Counted from the stretch's first letter, positions 38,048 to 48,432 are shown. The stretch: DNA of 64,000 nt from an uncultured virus (IMG/VR IMGVR_UViG_3300017697_000015) (IMGVR_UViG_3300017697_000015:1-64000), one strand, 5' to 3'. A program made the numbers and translations. Notes: generated by a model not told the origin, from the sequence alone.

Positions 38048-38191
38048 CTATAGTTGTTGTTCAAATTTAATAATTTCAGGCATTAGTGCCTTCTTCGTTT
38101 TTGCTGTTAATACAGTTCCATCTGGTTTATATGTAGCAGTCCATGAACTGCCACTTTTTACAATAGACCAGTCTAATCTTGAGGTCTTCAT
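38048..38191 (-). CDS. Small hypothetical protein (47 aa, not in ORF track)
   Basis: MKTSRLDWSIVKSGSSWTATYKPDG...; ATGA coupling. Confidence 0.55.
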   Translation of the reverse strand: MKTSRLDWSIVKSGSSWTATYKPDGTVLTAKTKKALMPEIIKFEQQL

Positions 38192-38424
38192 AACAACTCT
38201 TTATTAGTTGTTTCTAAAATGACAAAACTACCAAAGTAAGATTCAAACGTTTGAACCAAATTAGCGTAGTCACCACTCTTCATTTCACTTAAAATTGCAT
38301 CACCATCATAACCTAATCGTGTTGCTAATTTCGAGGCATTTCCAAGTAGACAGAATGCATTGCCTTCTGGTCCATCAAGATCAATTGTCATTTTTTCTTT
38401 TAACTGTTTTTGAATAATAGTCAT
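38188..38424 (-). CDS. Conserved small phage protein
   Basis: 'IDLDGPEGNAFCLLG...EMKSGDYANLV'. Confidence 0.7.
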   Translation of the reverse strand: MTIIQKQLKEKMTIDLDGPEGNAFCLLGNASKLATRLGYDGDAILSEMKSGDYANLVQTFESYFGSFVILETTNKELL

Positions 38425-38432
38425 AGAATTAC

Positions 38433-38648
38433 CTAAATTGTTTCTAGTTGAGGTTTTGCTTCTAAGATAATATCACGAACCATTTCACGGTCAATTGAAT
38501 CACCCTGAAACGGCAGCATAGCATTACGCGCCAAACGTATTCCTAATGCCAACAGAATATCGTCACGAGTTACACCGATATCGTAGATTCCACCCGGTCC
38601 GTAAAAATCAAGAAGGTATGAGATAAATGTTTCAGTTTTAGTATTCAT
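38433..38648 (-). CDS. Hypothetical early protein
   Basis: 'FYGPGGIYD...FQGDSIDREMVRD'. Confidence 0.7.
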   Translation of the reverse strand: MNTKTETFISYLLDFYGPGGIYDIGVTRDDILLALGIRLARNAMLPFQGDSIDREMVRDIILEAKPQLETI

Positions 38649-38681
38649 AATAGTTTTACTCTCTGATTAACTTATGTTACT

Positions 38682-38710
38682 ATTATACAACGATAAGCCT
38701 TACTTGTCAA
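38682..38710 (-). promoter_or_regulatory. Early sigma70-type promoter
   Basis: TTGACA-17-TATAAT. Confidence 0.85.
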
Positions 38711-38734
38711 TGAGTTTTATGAAAATAATTGAAT

Positions 38735-39037
38735 TTAATTTGCGAACACATCAGTCGATGCCGATATGATTGTAGCAGTATATGGGCCACTGCCCACTGA
38801 ATCATCGATTCTTGCTACAGGTGGTTCATCACCAATTACATCACTGCTTGCAGATGTAATCACACTAGTGTGACCACAATCTGCTGTAACAGTATCGCCT
38901 AGTCTTGCACAAGGCTTGTCATTGACAACAATGGTTGGCGAACCAGAAGTAATTGTACCTCCGGTCGTTATTGGGGTTATATGCGCAGTACAAGTTCCAT
39001 ATGTGCGATCTCCTACTCTTGCTACACCCCTAGCCAT
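38735..39037 (-). CDS. PAAR-repeat spike tip protein (gp5.4-like)
   Basis: 'GVARVGD', 'PCARLGD', 'PVARIDD', CGH. Confidence 0.9.
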   Translation of the reverse strand: MARGVARVGDRTYGTCTAHITPITTGGTITSGSPTIVVNDKPCARLGDTVTADCGHTSVITSASSDVIGDEPPVARIDDSVGSGPYTATIISASTDVFAN

Positions 39038-39038
39038 A

Positions 39039-39335
39039 TTATGCGCCTGCCATTACAATGCCAGAAGTTTTCTCGCTATACATCTTAGCAGTTTCTTCTT
39101 CTGTCTTAACAATGCAAATAACACCATTAAGTCTCATTGTGTATTTCGCGTCCATTGACGAAGTAAACATGAATGGAGCCATTCCCATTCCACCATCATT
39201 TGCGATAAGCATAGTAGGCTTAGATAAAACCAATGTGTCGGCTGTCTCTTTTTCAAGACGTGCTACCATTTCTTCACCGCTGGCTAGTTTAATACTGATG
39301 ACATCGCCATCTCTGTAAGGTACTTCTATTAACAT
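39039..39335 (-). CDS. Sm-like fold phage protein
   Basis: 'VISIKLASGEEMVARL...LVLSKP'. Confidence 0.6.
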   Translation of the reverse strand: MLIEVPYRDGDVISIKLASGEEMVARLEKETADTLVLSKPTMLIANDGGMGMAPFMFTSSMDAKYTMRLNGVICIVKTEEETAKMYSEKTSGIVMAGA

Positions 39336-39562
39336 TCTTCACTTCCTTTAATGTATTGGGCTAATTGATCGTATCCGCCTATTACGTTTCCATCAATTAC
39401 AATTTGTGGTACTGTGCGTGCTTGTGGTGCAATTTCTAATAATTGCTCACGAGTTACATCAACACCAATCTTTCTTTCAATAAACTCCATATGCTGAGTT
39501 TCAAGCAGTATCTTTGCTTTAATGCAATATGCACAATTTTCTTTTGAATAAACTTCTACCAT
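39329..39562 (-). CDS. Glutaredoxin
   Basis: CAYC, TVPQI and IGGYD motifs. Confidence 0.93.
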   Translation of the reverse strand: MVEVYSKENCAYCIKAKILLETQHMEFIERKIGVDVTREQLLEIAPQARTVPQIVIDGNVIGGYDQLAQYIKGSEEC

Positions 39563-39590
39563 ACTTTCTCCTCCTTTAATTATTATTGTA

Positions 39591-40721
39591 TTATAATGAC
39601 ATACCAGAAAAGGTATCCTTCGTAACGTCCGATGTTACACCGCCTATAATATATGACGATAGTTGAACTTCTTGTGGTGCTACTTGTACATCTGCACCAG
39701 CAATCCATTTTTGTGTCCAAGGTAATGGGTTTGCTTGGGGTACTTTGTATGGACAAGATAAGCCCACTGCTACCATTCGCTTGCATCCGATCCATTCTAC
39801 ATATTCGCACAATAGTTGAGCATTTAACCCAATCATTGAACCATCTTTAAATAGATATTCTGCCCATTGCTTTTCTTGTTCAATTGCATCTACAAACATT
39901 TGAATGCATTCTTCTTCTGTTTCTTTTGCGATTTTAATATAATCTGGATCATCTTTTGGCAATATCTTTAATAGTGATTGCGTGAACGCCAAATGTAGAT
40001 TTTCATCACGTGCAATAAACTTGATAATTTTTGCATTACCTTCCATCTTTTTAAGTTCTGCAAACGCCCAACTACATGCAAACGACACATAGAAGCGAAC
40101 ACCTTCTAGTATGTTTACACCCATTACTGCCTTGTATAACGACTTCTTCAACTCGTACAAGTCAACAGTGATTTCTCTACCATTAACCTTATGTACGCCT
40201 TCACCTAGTAAATTGTACCATGCTGCTTTATCAATTAGATTATCATAATTTACCGAAATCGCAGATGCACAATCGACAATTTCCTCAATTTCCAAAATTT
40301 CATCAAATACAATAGATGGATCAGAATATACATTACGAATAATATGTGTATATGATTTACTATGAATAGTTTCATTAAATGTCCACGTTTGAATCCATGT
40401 TTCTAATTCTGGCAAACTAACGATAGAACCAAATGCTTCACTAGGTGCGCGCCCTTGTACACTATCTAGCAGTATTTGACGCTTTAAATTAGATGTGAAT
40501 ATATGTTGTTCGTTTGCAGTTAGTTGCTTAAAATCATTAGAATCTTTTGTAACATCAACTTCATCTGGGATCCAAAAGAATCCCAACTGCTTCTCTGTTA
40601 ATTTATCAAACTGCTTGTACTTGAGAATATCGTATCTCTGTAAACTTACTCGTCCTTCGGGATCAAGAAATGCTAATGATTTCGTATGATCTTCTTTTTT
40701 TGTTATATTAAAAATGCTCAT
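39591..40721 (-). CDS. nrdB: Ribonucleotide reductase class Ia beta subunit
   Basis: FFWIPDE, ETIHSKSY, EGVRFY and RDENLH motifs. Confidence 0.97.
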   Translation of the reverse strand: MSIFNITKKEDHTKSLAFLDPEGRVSLQRYDILKYKQFDKLTEKQLGFFWIPDEVDVTKDSNDFKQLTANEQHIFTSNLKRQILLDSVQGRAPSEAFGSIVSLPELETWIQTWTFNETIHSKSYTHIIRNVYSDPSIVFDEILEIEEIVDCASAISVNYDNLIDKAAWYNLLGEGVHKVNGREITVDLYELKKSLYKAVMGVNILEGVRFYVSFACSWAFAELKKMEGNAKIIKFIARDENLHLAFTQSLLKILPKDDPDYIKIAKETEEECIQMFVDAIEQEKQWAEYLFKDGSMIGLNAQLLCEYVEWIGCKRMVAVGLSCPYKVPQANPLPWTQKWIAGADVQVAPQEVQLSSYIIGGVTSDVTKDTFSGMSL

Positions 40722-40737
40722 GTTTATTTATATTCCT

Positions 40738-43038
40738 TTATAAGACACAACTGTCGCAGTCTTCGCCTTCAATTTCACTCAGTCCCGTTTGTGCTAACGG
40801 CTCTGCATTCATTTTATTAATGTCAATCTCACCTTGTCCATCATACGTGTTAAAGTAGTAAAGATTTTTACCACCATATTTGTAGAACATTAGTAAGTGC
40901 TTCATCATGGTACTCATTGGAATCTTTTCATCTTCAAAGTAGATAGGATTATAACTAGTATTTACGCTGATCGCTTGATCAATATATTTCTGTAATACTG
41001 CCATAATCTTTAAATAACCTTCTGGTGACTCTTGATCCCATAATAATTCATACTTATTCTTTAATCGATGTATTCCCGGAACTACTTGCTTGAGTATACC
41101 ATGCTTTGATTGCTTTACACTTACCAAAGAACGTGGTGGTTCAATTCCGTTTGTGCTATTACTTATTTGCGCGGATGTCTCGGCTGGCATCAATGCCATT
41201 AATGTGCTATTACGTACACCAGTTTTCTTTATCTGTGTTCGTAACGCTTCCCAAGGCATACGCTCTTTATACGCTACTAATTCATCTACTTCTTTTTTAC
41301 GAGTATCGATTGGTAAAATACCATCACTATACTTAGTTTCATTGAAACCAGAACAATGTCCTTGTTCTACTGCTAAATCAGCAGATGCTTTAATCAAATA
41401 GTATGACCATGCTTCTGTCCATTCGTCTACTAGTTCAAGATCAGGATTACTATAATTAGTATCGTTCTTTGCAAGCCAATATGCAAAGTTAATAATACCA
41501 ACACCAAGTGGTCTGCGCTTCTGTGTACCTAGTTCTGCTGCTAGAACTGGATAATTCTGATAACTCAATAATGCATCAAGTCCTCTCACTGCTAATTCAC
41601 ATGGCTTCTGAAAATCTTCTAGTACTTTGATATTGCCCCAATTCACTGCTGACAATGTGCAAGTAGCAACTTCACCATCACCATTGAATACATCTGTCAT
41701 AGGAGATGTAGGTAATGTAATCTCTGCACATAGATTGCTCATTCTTACAGGTGCTAATTCTTGCTTGAATGAACTATGCTCATTTACGTTGTCTACATTC
41801 ATCAAATAGATGCGACCCGTATTCTTTCTCTCGTGCATGAAAGTAGAAAACAATTCAATCGCAGTCATTGACTTCTTACGGATTTTTGTATTACGCTCTG
41901 CTTTTTCATACAACTCTTTAAATTTATCTTGATCTTCAAAGTATGCGTCATACAATCCAGGAACATCACTAGGACTGAATAATGTAATATCACCACCAGA
42001 AATCAAACGCTCATACATAAGTTTATTGACTTGAACACCAAAATCTAAATGCCTTACACGATTGTCTTCAGTACCTTTATTGTTCTTTAACACCAGCATA
42101 TCTTCTACTTCAAGATGCCATAACGGATAGTACAATGTTGCTGCTCCACCTCGTACACCACCTTGTGAACAACTTTTAACTGATGATTGGAACATCTTAT
42201 AGAACGGGATAACGCCTGTGTGTGCTGCATCACCATTACGAATAGGAGAATTGATAGCACGAATACGTCCTGCGCCAATTCCAATACCTGCTTTTTGTGA
42301 TACATATTTTACAATCGCATTTGATGTTGCGTTAATACTATCTAGACTATCATCTGACTCAATTAAAACACATGAACTAAACTGACGTACATTTGTACGA
42401 ACACCAGCCATAACGGGAGTAGGTAATGAGATGTCAAAATTACTGATTGCATCATAGTAATCTTTAACCCATTTCATACGATTGACTGTGTAACTACCAA
42501 ACAAAGTTGCAGCAATCATCATATACGCGATTTGAGGTGTTTCAAAAATCTGACCTGTCACTCGGTTTTGTACCAAGTATTTTCCACGAAATTGTTCCAT
42601 TCCAACATATGCAATGCTTTGATCACGATCATGTTTAATGTAATTGTTTAATTGATCAAGTTCATATGATGAATATAATGAAAGAATTTCATCATCATAA
42701 TAACCACGACCTATGTTATCTTCAATCACCTTAACTAAATGATCAGGCTCAAATGCATTATACACTTGCTTTCGCAAATGATAATTAATTAATCGACCCG
42801 CTACCCATTGATAGTTTGGAGTTTCCTCAGTGATTAAATCTGCTGCTGCTTTAATTAATGTTTCTTGAATTTCATCAGTTGTTATTCCATTATAAAACTG
42901 AATACTACTTTTAATTTCCACTTCTGACGGGCTGACGCCTGCAATATCATTGCAAGCATAAAAAACAACTTTGTGTAATTTATCTAAGTCAAGTGGTTCT
43001 CTAGCGCCGTTGCGCTTTTTTACCATTATTTCCTTCAT
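40738..43038 (-). CDS. nrdA: Ribonucleotide reductase class Ia alpha subunit
   Basis: ATP cone, FSSC, SNLCAEI, LYY and C-terminal CDSC. Confidence 0.97.
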   Translation of the reverse strand: MKEIMVKKRNGAREPLDLDKLHKVVFYACNDIAGVSPSEVEIKSSIQFYNGITTDEIQETLIKAAADLITEETPNYQWVAGRLINYHLRKQVYNAFEPDHLVKVIEDNIGRGYYDDEILSLYSSYELDQLNNYIKHDRDQSIAYVGMEQFRGKYLVQNRVTGQIFETPQIAYMMIAATLFGSYTVNRMKWVKDYYDAISNFDISLPTPVMAGVRTNVRQFSSCVLIESDDSLDSINATSNAIVKYVSQKAGIGIGAGRIRAINSPIRNGDAAHTGVIPFYKMFQSSVKSCSQGGVRGGAATLYYPLWHLEVEDMLVLKNNKGTEDNRVRHLDFGVQVNKLMYERLISGGDITLFSPSDVPGLYDAYFEDQDKFKELYEKAERNTKIRKKSMTAIELFSTFMHERKNTGRIYLMNVDNVNEHSSFKQELAPVRMSNLCAEITLPTSPMTDVFNGDGEVATCTLSAVNWGNIKVLEDFQKPCELAVRGLDALLSYQNYPVLAAELGTQKRRPLGVGIINFAYWLAKNDTNYSNPDLELVDEWTEAWSYYLIKASADLAVEQGHCSGFNETKYSDGILPIDTRKKEVDELVAYKERMPWEALRTQIKKTGVRNSTLMALMPAETSAQISNSTNGIEPPRSLVSVKQSKHGILKQVVPGIHRLKNKYELLWDQESPEGYLKIMAVLQKYIDQAISVNTSYNPIYFEDEKIPMSTMMKHLLMFYKYGGKNLYYFNTYDGQGEIDINKMNAEPLAQTGLSEIEGEDCDSCVL

Positions 43039-43066
43039 TTATATCCTTACCTGTTTGGTTTCAATA

Positions 43067-43507
43067 TTATTTTACTAAGTCGTCTGAATACCATGTATTC
43101 AAAATTTCACATTTATCTAATACGGACACTTTGTCTACTATACCATAATTATGATTTAATATATATTTGTTGTCTAATCGTATTACAAGTGCTACACTCG
43201 ATTTACCTGCATCTTGTACTAATAGTATATCACAAGACCAATCGCATAATTCTAGTGTGTATGCCATTCCAAGCGCAATCACATTTTCATCGTATGCACC
43301 ATTCCATAACAAGTCCCATGGATTGGGCCACTCTTCAGAGTTATATACATCTATAACTCTATTAGATAGTGGTGCTAGGCGCCACCAATCTACGAGTGTT
43401 TGTAAGTATTCTTCATCAGATAAATCTTCTAATGAGTCTAATTCTGTACGAAATGACTTCCATTCCGTCAGTCGTTCCTTGGGCATTAGTTGCCATATTG
43501 TATGCAC
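43067..43507 (-). CDS. Conserved hypothetical phage protein
   Basis: 'WPNPWDLL...ALGMAYTL'. Confidence 0.7.
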   Translation of the reverse strand: MHTIWQLMPKERLTEWKSFRTELDSLEDLSDEEYLQTLVDWWRLAPLSNRVIDVYNSEEWPNPWDLLWNGAYDENVIALGMAYTLELCDWSCDILLVQDAGKSSVALVIRLDNKYILNHNYGIVDKVSVLDKCEILNTWYSDDLVK

Positions 43508-44226
43508 TACAGTGTTGCTTTAAAGTTATTAGCCAACCATGCCAAGTTTGCAGTTTCGGTATCTGTCGTAGTATATTGTAGTGTGAATATACCAGCAACC
43601 ATGCTACCAGAGAATACATGATCTAATAAACTACCTGCTGTAGTCGCATTAGTTGTGTGATTGTCAGAGATGGTGTGCGTATTATGTTCGCCCACTAAAC
43701 CAGTATCAACATTGACTGCAATGCTTAATACTCCCTTTCGTATATGTCCTGTCGGATTTCTTAATGAATATCGTATGTCTACGTTATCATATCTAGTTCC
43801 ATCAAACGAAATACTAGCGATATTCGCATTGGTTGCTGGACCCGTAAGTCCGACAATACTAGGATCATCTAATCCTACATCTGGTTCGAATAGAAAGATT
43901 TCTGAATTATACTTTAATACAACATTTCCAGTTCCTACGCCGGGCGCAGTAGCAAATGTAAAAACAAAATTATTTTTGGTATAGTCAACAGACTCTACTT
44001 GCAATACAGTATCTACATATACATTATATGATACACCTGGCGCAGTATCTAAATCAACACCAAAATTAAATTCGGTATCTGTGTTATTACCATCAAGTGC
44101 TGCTTGCGTATTACCAATGAATAATCGTTTTGCATCTAATGCATATCCTAATTCACCTTCCAGTAATATAGGAAGTTGCGCTAGAGTACCACTTCGTTGT
44201 TTTTGTAATTTTATTTCAGTTGTCAT
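43507..44226 (-). CDS. Structural protein with Mtd/hyaluronidase-like N-terminal module
   Basis: 'QRSGTLAQLPILLEGELGYALDAKRLFIGN'; late box AATAAATA at 44251-44258. Confidence 0.65.
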   Translation of the reverse strand: MTTEIKLQKQRSGTLAQLPILLEGELGYALDAKRLFIGNTQAALDGNNTDTEFNFGVDLDTAPGVSYNVYVDTVLQVESVDYTKNNFVFTFATAPGVGTGNVVLKYNSEIFLFEPDVGLDDPSIVGLTGPATNANIASISFDGTRYDNVDIRYSLRNPTGHIRKGVLSIAVNVDTGLVGEHNTHTISDNHTTNATTAGSLLDHVFSGSMVAGIFTLQYTTTDTETANLAWLANNFKATL

Positions 44227-44274
44227 GTTAATCACCCTTTTTAGTATATGTATTTATTAAATTCTGGTAGCAAA

Positions 44275-44964
44275 TTATGCGATATTATAGTATTCTTCCA
44301 ATCTTTTTGCCCATTTTAGTTCCCATTCTGAAAACTCACCAATCTGCATTTCAAACAATTGCCAAAGTCCTTCTCTGCTGCACATGAAAATAGCAACGTC
44401 TTTTATGTCAGTTCCATATAGTTCATTATGTGCTAACGCATACGCAGTGCCCTGTAAGAAGTAATCGCCAATCCATTCACGTTTCTTAGGCTTATTCGTC
44501 TGCTTGAAATCCATCACAGTTGGTTTGCCTTTCCACATGCCTAATAAGTCTGCTGTGCCTGCATATAAGTCAGGATAGCATAAACTAACTTCTGCTCCCC
44601 ATACTTCATTCAGTTCAGCATCAATATTCTTGATTACTATATCAGCCATCATACGAGATTGAAGTAATGTTTTACCAGTTTCTTCATTGCCTACATATTC
44701 TTCGTTTTTGACATATGACTCTAGCATCGCGTGCATTTGAGTTCCAACCCTTGATGCCTCTGTCACTATTTGTTGGGCGGCTTCATCACCTACACGTTTC
44801 TTCCAATCTGCTAAGATTTTCCGATCTCGTGCAGGCTTCGTAGCCGACAGTACGGTGGTGACACTAGGAACAGGTTCACCATAGGGGTTCTTATATAAAC
44901 GTTGACCATTTACAGAAGTTCGTGTTAATTCGCTATAAGCGTAAGGAGTTTTAATATTTACCAT
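44275..44964 (-). CDS. PD-(D/E)xK exonuclease
   Basis: PSVTTVL, GTQMH, YAGTAD and DFKQ motifs. Confidence 0.85.
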   Translation of the reverse strand: MVNIKTPYAYSELTRTSVNGQRLYKNPYGEPVPSVTTVLSATKPARDRKILADWKKRVGDEAAQQIVTEASRVGTQMHAMLESYVKNEEYVGNEETGKTLLQSRMMADIVIKNIDAELNEVWGAEVSLCYPDLYAGTADLLGMWKGKPTVMDFKQTNKPKKREWIGDYFLQGTAYALAHNELYGTDIKDVAIFMCSREGLWQLFEMQIGEFSEWELKWAKRLEEYYNIA

Positions 44965-44970
44965 AAAGAT

Positions 44971-44999
44971 ATTATACTATTATAATACCCCTATGTCAA
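44971..44999 (-). promoter_or_regulatory. Sigma70-type promoter (leaderless transcript likely)
   Basis: TTGACA-17-TATAAT, 6 nt before ATG. Confidence 0.75.
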
Positions 45000-45013
45000 G
45001 TGTTATTTACTAA

Positions 45014-45631
45014 TTACCAGTAAATGTACCATGAAAATGTGTTACTTGTTACAGTATTTGTGATACGCTCAATCTTGTAACCAAGATTGGAAAAGTGCTT
45101 CATGACTGAATCCATATCTGAATATTTTGCACGATTTGTTTCAGTTCCTTGCCATGTATTAAAGTAACTAACGCTTGAAGGGGGAGTTGCTGTTGAAGTT
45201 CCTGCTACTAATCCCAAACTAGCATTCGCTGTACCAGCACCAATTACATACTGGTAACTATTAGTACCAGATGTGGTTATCTTTAATCGTAGTTGATCAA
45301 GTTCTTTATATGCAAGAACATTTGGAATTGCTGCATCATTTATATCAGCGATTACCGCATTGAGACTTGTTCCAGTTGTACCTAATACAACAGTTACTCC
45401 CTCAATGATAACAGTGGTAGAATTAACAATGGTGGGAGTAGTAACTGTTCCCGACACAACTGCATCAGGCGTAGATTCTGTCATGACTGTACCATCAGAA
45501 ACAGTTGTTTCATAGAGTCCCGATACGGAATCTGCAATAATTGCTTTCATTATTTCTTGAGTTTCATTAAAGATAGTTAAATCTTGATTGCTGTTTGCTC
45601 TTGCCTGGGATGCGTTTAATCCTACACTCAT
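45014..45631 (-). CDS. Putative virion structural protein
   Basis: Thr-rich; 'SLNAVIADINDAAIPNV'. Confidence 0.6.
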   Translation of the reverse strand: MSVGLNASQARANSNQDLTIFNETQEIMKAIIADSVSGLYETTVSDGTVMTESTPDAVVSGTVTTPTIVNSTTVIIEGVTVVLGTTGTSLNAVIADINDAAIPNVLAYKELDQLRLKITTSGTNSYQYVIGAGTANASLGLVAGTSTATPPSSVSYFNTWQGTETNRAKYSDMDSVMKHFSNLGYKIERITNTVTSNTFSWYIYW

Positions 45632-45632
45632 G

Positions 45633-45950
45633 TTATATGTCCTTTTTAACTTGCTTTCTTGCCATTTTATCTATGCGCTTATCTTGTTGATCACGACTTG
45701 GTTCAGAAGATGATTTTCCATCTCTGCCAAAAAAGATGACATCATCTTTAATATTATCAACTATGGGAATAGAATCTAGTATATCAAACAATATTGAATG
45801 ATCTATCTCATTTCCCATTTCTGCAAGAGATTTTGCCAATGTATCAATACTCAAACTAGACATACCTTCTGCTGCTGCCACTGAAATAATATCAATAATA
45901 ATTGATTTAATATCACTTGTGTCTTCAACGACAATCTCAGAAAAACGCAT
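45633..45950 (-). CDS. MRFSE-tag hypothetical protein
   Basis: 105 aa in a late operon. Confidence 0.65.
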   Translation of the reverse strand: MRFSEIVVEDTSDIKSIIIDIISVAAAEGMSSLSIDTLAKSLAEMGNEIDHSILFDILDSIPIVDNIKDDVIFFGRDGKSSSEPSRDQQDKRIDKMARKQVKKDI

Positions 45951-45951
45951 T

Positions 45952-46749
45952 TTAGTTTCTCAACGTAGCAAATGCTTGCTTTAGCAAATCTTTGCTGATT
46001 TTTCCGTCTTGTTGTGCTTCTTTAACCATGCGCATTGCAGAAAGATACTTATCTTCTTTCATTTCGCGACCAATTGGATTTTCTGCACCTGATGCTGCAT
46101 CAACGCCTTCAAAGTCATCACCAATTTCTAACTCATCATCAGCGAAATCATCGCCCATGCCTAACTCGTCACTGACATCAGTATCTAATGTATCCATTGA
46201 TCCACCGCTTTCAACAGGCTGTCCCTGTGCAACTAATAATGCATCAGTAACTTCACTATTAGCAGATTTAACTGCGTCTAGTGCTGCGCCAATTGCTGCT
46301 TCTGCTGACATTGTGAATGCTTCTGCTTCTGCTGTACCTACTTCTTCTTTCATAGCATTAGTGATAGACATAAGGTCCTCAACTTGCATACTTGCTAAGT
46401 TTTCAGCCATTTTCTGTAAATCGTCTGCCATTTGTTTAGCAGCAAGCAATACTTCTGCTTGATCTAAATCTTGAGTTTCTTGTAATTTCATGTTAGTATC
46501 CTGAGTTGTTTTTTCTACTTCGTTCAGTACCATATTGATACCTTCTGATATTAGAAGTAATTTTTGGAAATCTTTCGCACTAACATCTACGCCAGATTCG
46601 CGCAATGCTGTAATACGAGAGTTAGTTGTTTCTTGAATCTTGACAAGTTTTTTTGTCTCCATGCTGAAATTGAATTTAATATCAAAAACTTCATTCAAGG
46701 CTTTTGTTAACTTGGTAAATTTGTCTTCTTGCAAATCGTGTAAAATCAT
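45952..46749 (-). CDS. Acidic helical protein, possible prohead core/scaffold component
   Basis: Coiled coil, acidic linker, [LIV]xE sites; TATAAATA upstream. Confidence 0.5.
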   Translation of the reverse strand: MILHDLQEDKFTKLTKALNEVFDIKFNFSMETKKLVKIQETTNSRITALRESGVDVSAKDFQKLLLISEGINMVLNEVEKTTQDTNMKLQETQDLDQAEVLLAAKQMADDLQKMAENLASMQVEDLMSITNAMKEEVGTAEAEAFTMSAEAAIGAALDAVKSANSEVTDALLVAQGQPVESGGSMDTLDTDVSDELGMGDDFADDELEIGDDFEGVDAASGAENPIGREMKEDKYLSAMRMVKEAQQDGKISKDLLKQAFATLRN

Positions 46750-46781
46750 GTTAGGGCTCCATTAAAAATTATATTATAATG

Positions 46782-46789
46782 TATTTATA
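46782..46789 (-). promoter_or_regulatory. T4 late promoter
   Basis: Consensus TATAAATA. Confidence 0.75.
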
Positions 46790-46844
46790 CAAAAACTAAA
46801 TTACTATTTAAATATTGCAATGAAGAAGTGTATTAGTTGTTTGA

Positions 46845-47444
46845 TTACAATAACTTTTTTATTGCAATCTTCATCTTGTGCATCTTCTCAGTTGCAACAC
46901 TATGCTTTGCGGCTGCGATATCAGACTCAATACTTTCAGTTAATGTCTTCTGTCGTCTTTTTTGCGCTGCTGCTTCTTCTAGTGCAGATGCATATCGTGA
47001 ATCATACTCAATAATAGCTTTGGATTTGACTGCATCATTCTTGAATAGTTCATTCTTTATAATTGCCATTGCTGACTCAAATAATGCTAAATTTTCATAT
47101 CTACGAATACCATTTTCTGCTACTGTATAATAGGTTTTTAGATAACCAGATATATTGTGCTTTTCTAATAAAATATTAAATTTATCAATACCTACACTTT
47201 CTGTTACCTTATTGACTGATTCAACGAATTGTTCCGATTCAGTTACAATATTGGTTGCTGCTGAATCAGTTGCATCTTGTACTTTATGTAACTTAGCCAA
47301 GATATTATACATTTCTGTAGCATCTTGACTAATATTACTAGGTACTTGATTTCCAGTTGCATCAACTACTGGTGCTGTTTTATTATTTGTTGCATTTTCT
47401 AAATTTTGCAATATTTTAAGCATGTCCTGCGATTCTTGATTCAT
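46845..47444 (-). CDS. Hypothetical (putative head-associated) protein
   Basis: 199 aa; 'M..IL..L' repeats and xES sites. Confidence 0.6.
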   Translation of the reverse strand: MNQESQDMLKILQNLENATNNKTAPVVDATGNQVPSNISQDATEMYNILAKLHKVQDATDSAATNIVTESEQFVESVNKVTESVGIDKFNILLEKHNISGYLKTYYTVAENGIRRYENLALFESAMAIIKNELFKNDAVKSKAIIEYDSRYASALEEAAAQKRRQKTLTESIESDIAAAKHSVATEKMHKMKIAIKKLL

Positions 47445-47653
47445 TATAAACTGCCTCTAAGTCTCTTAAAATATACCTTGCCTTCCTTAACCACTCTAGT
47501 AAGTACGCCTTTTGATACTAATGATTTAGCAACAAATGCTTCACGCTCGGTAAAATCTGATTTGCATGTTTCTTCAACTATTTTATCATATACTTTATAT
47601 TCTGTATTTGATAGTATGATTGAAATACCACCCGGACACTCAACAAGTTTCAT
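47444..47653 (-). CDS. Small winged-helix-like protein
   Basis: 'TEREAFVAKSLVSKGVLTR'. Confidence 0.55.
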   Translation of the reverse strand: MKLVECPGGISIILSNTEYKVYDKIVEETCKSDFTEREAFVAKSLVSKGVLTRVVKEGKVYFKRLRGSL

Positions 47654-48432
47654 TACTTTAGACCTGCGAGTTTCTTTAATCTATCAATAGCACTTGCATT
47701 AGCAGCGGCTGAATTTGAATTCTTTTCTGCTGCATCTGAATTTGCATTCTGTTGTACATCATCAGGATCAGTAGATGTCGTGCTTCCTGTAGAGACTGTG
47801 TCACTGCCGTATGCTGCGTTCCCGCCTGCTGCGCCTGCTACTCTACGCTCTTCAAGTTCGTGTCCCCATCCTTTATCTTTTAGTTCTAAATGTAATTCTT
47901 CTGTGTCTGCATACTTTTCTTCTTTACCATCTTTGCTGTACATCATATGTGGTTCAAATGCTTCGTCGGCTGCTTCATCAACGGTATCTTCTTCATCACG
48001 CTTATCTTTTAAATCTGCTACAACGCCAGGAGACTGCATCTCTTGCATGCTGTCATCTTTGTCATACTGCATATATTCGTCATAAGACAAATAGTAATCA
48101 GTATCTGGATCATAATACATACCTTCTTTTGGATCATAATATACTACTTTACCAGAACGTAATGGAAATGGACCTTCTAATCCTTCACGCTCTTGATAAC
48201 GCTCTCTATCCATTGGTGGAAGAATAGTGTATCCTTCTTCTAGGTCTAGTGTGATATACTTAGAAAATAAGTCTTTATCATCATTCTTTAGTGCATTAGT
48301 TAACTGCAATGTACCAGAAAAATTTAATTCTCTAAGTTCTGCACTAATCTGTTCATCGGTTAATTCTACACCAAAATTCTCAAGTGCAAAATCGCGTACT
48401 GTATGTATAATACTATTATTCTTGATTTCCAT
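47653..48432 (-). CDS. Modular acidic putative head protein
   Basis: 'GLEGPF...YYDPKEGMYYDPDTDYY' module; C-terminal 'RLKKLAGL'. Confidence 0.6.
   Translation of the reverse strand: MEIKNNSIIHTVRDFALENFGVELTDEQISAELRELNFSGTLQLTNALKNDDKDLFSKYITLDLEEGYTILPPMDRERYQEREGLEGPFPLRSGKVVYYDPKEGMYYDPDTDYYLSYDEYMQYDKDDSMQEMQSPGVVADLKDKRDEEDTVDEAADEAFEPHMMYSKDGKEEKYADTEELHLELKDKGWGHELEERRVAGAAGGNAAYGSDTVSTGSTTSTDPDDVQQNANSDAAEKNSNSAAANASAIDRLKKLAGLK

Noticed and set aside
123..43038. Introns, inteins or homing endonucleases in pol, nrdA or nrdB
   Set aside because: The ORFs are continuous and of normal length; no splice-junction or LAGLIDADG/HNH/GIY-YIG motifs were seen
44275..44964. Cas4-like nuclease as evidence for CRISPR-Cas
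   Set aside because: It lacks the four-Cys Fe-S cluster and any cas context; it is a common phage PD-(D/E)xK exonuclease
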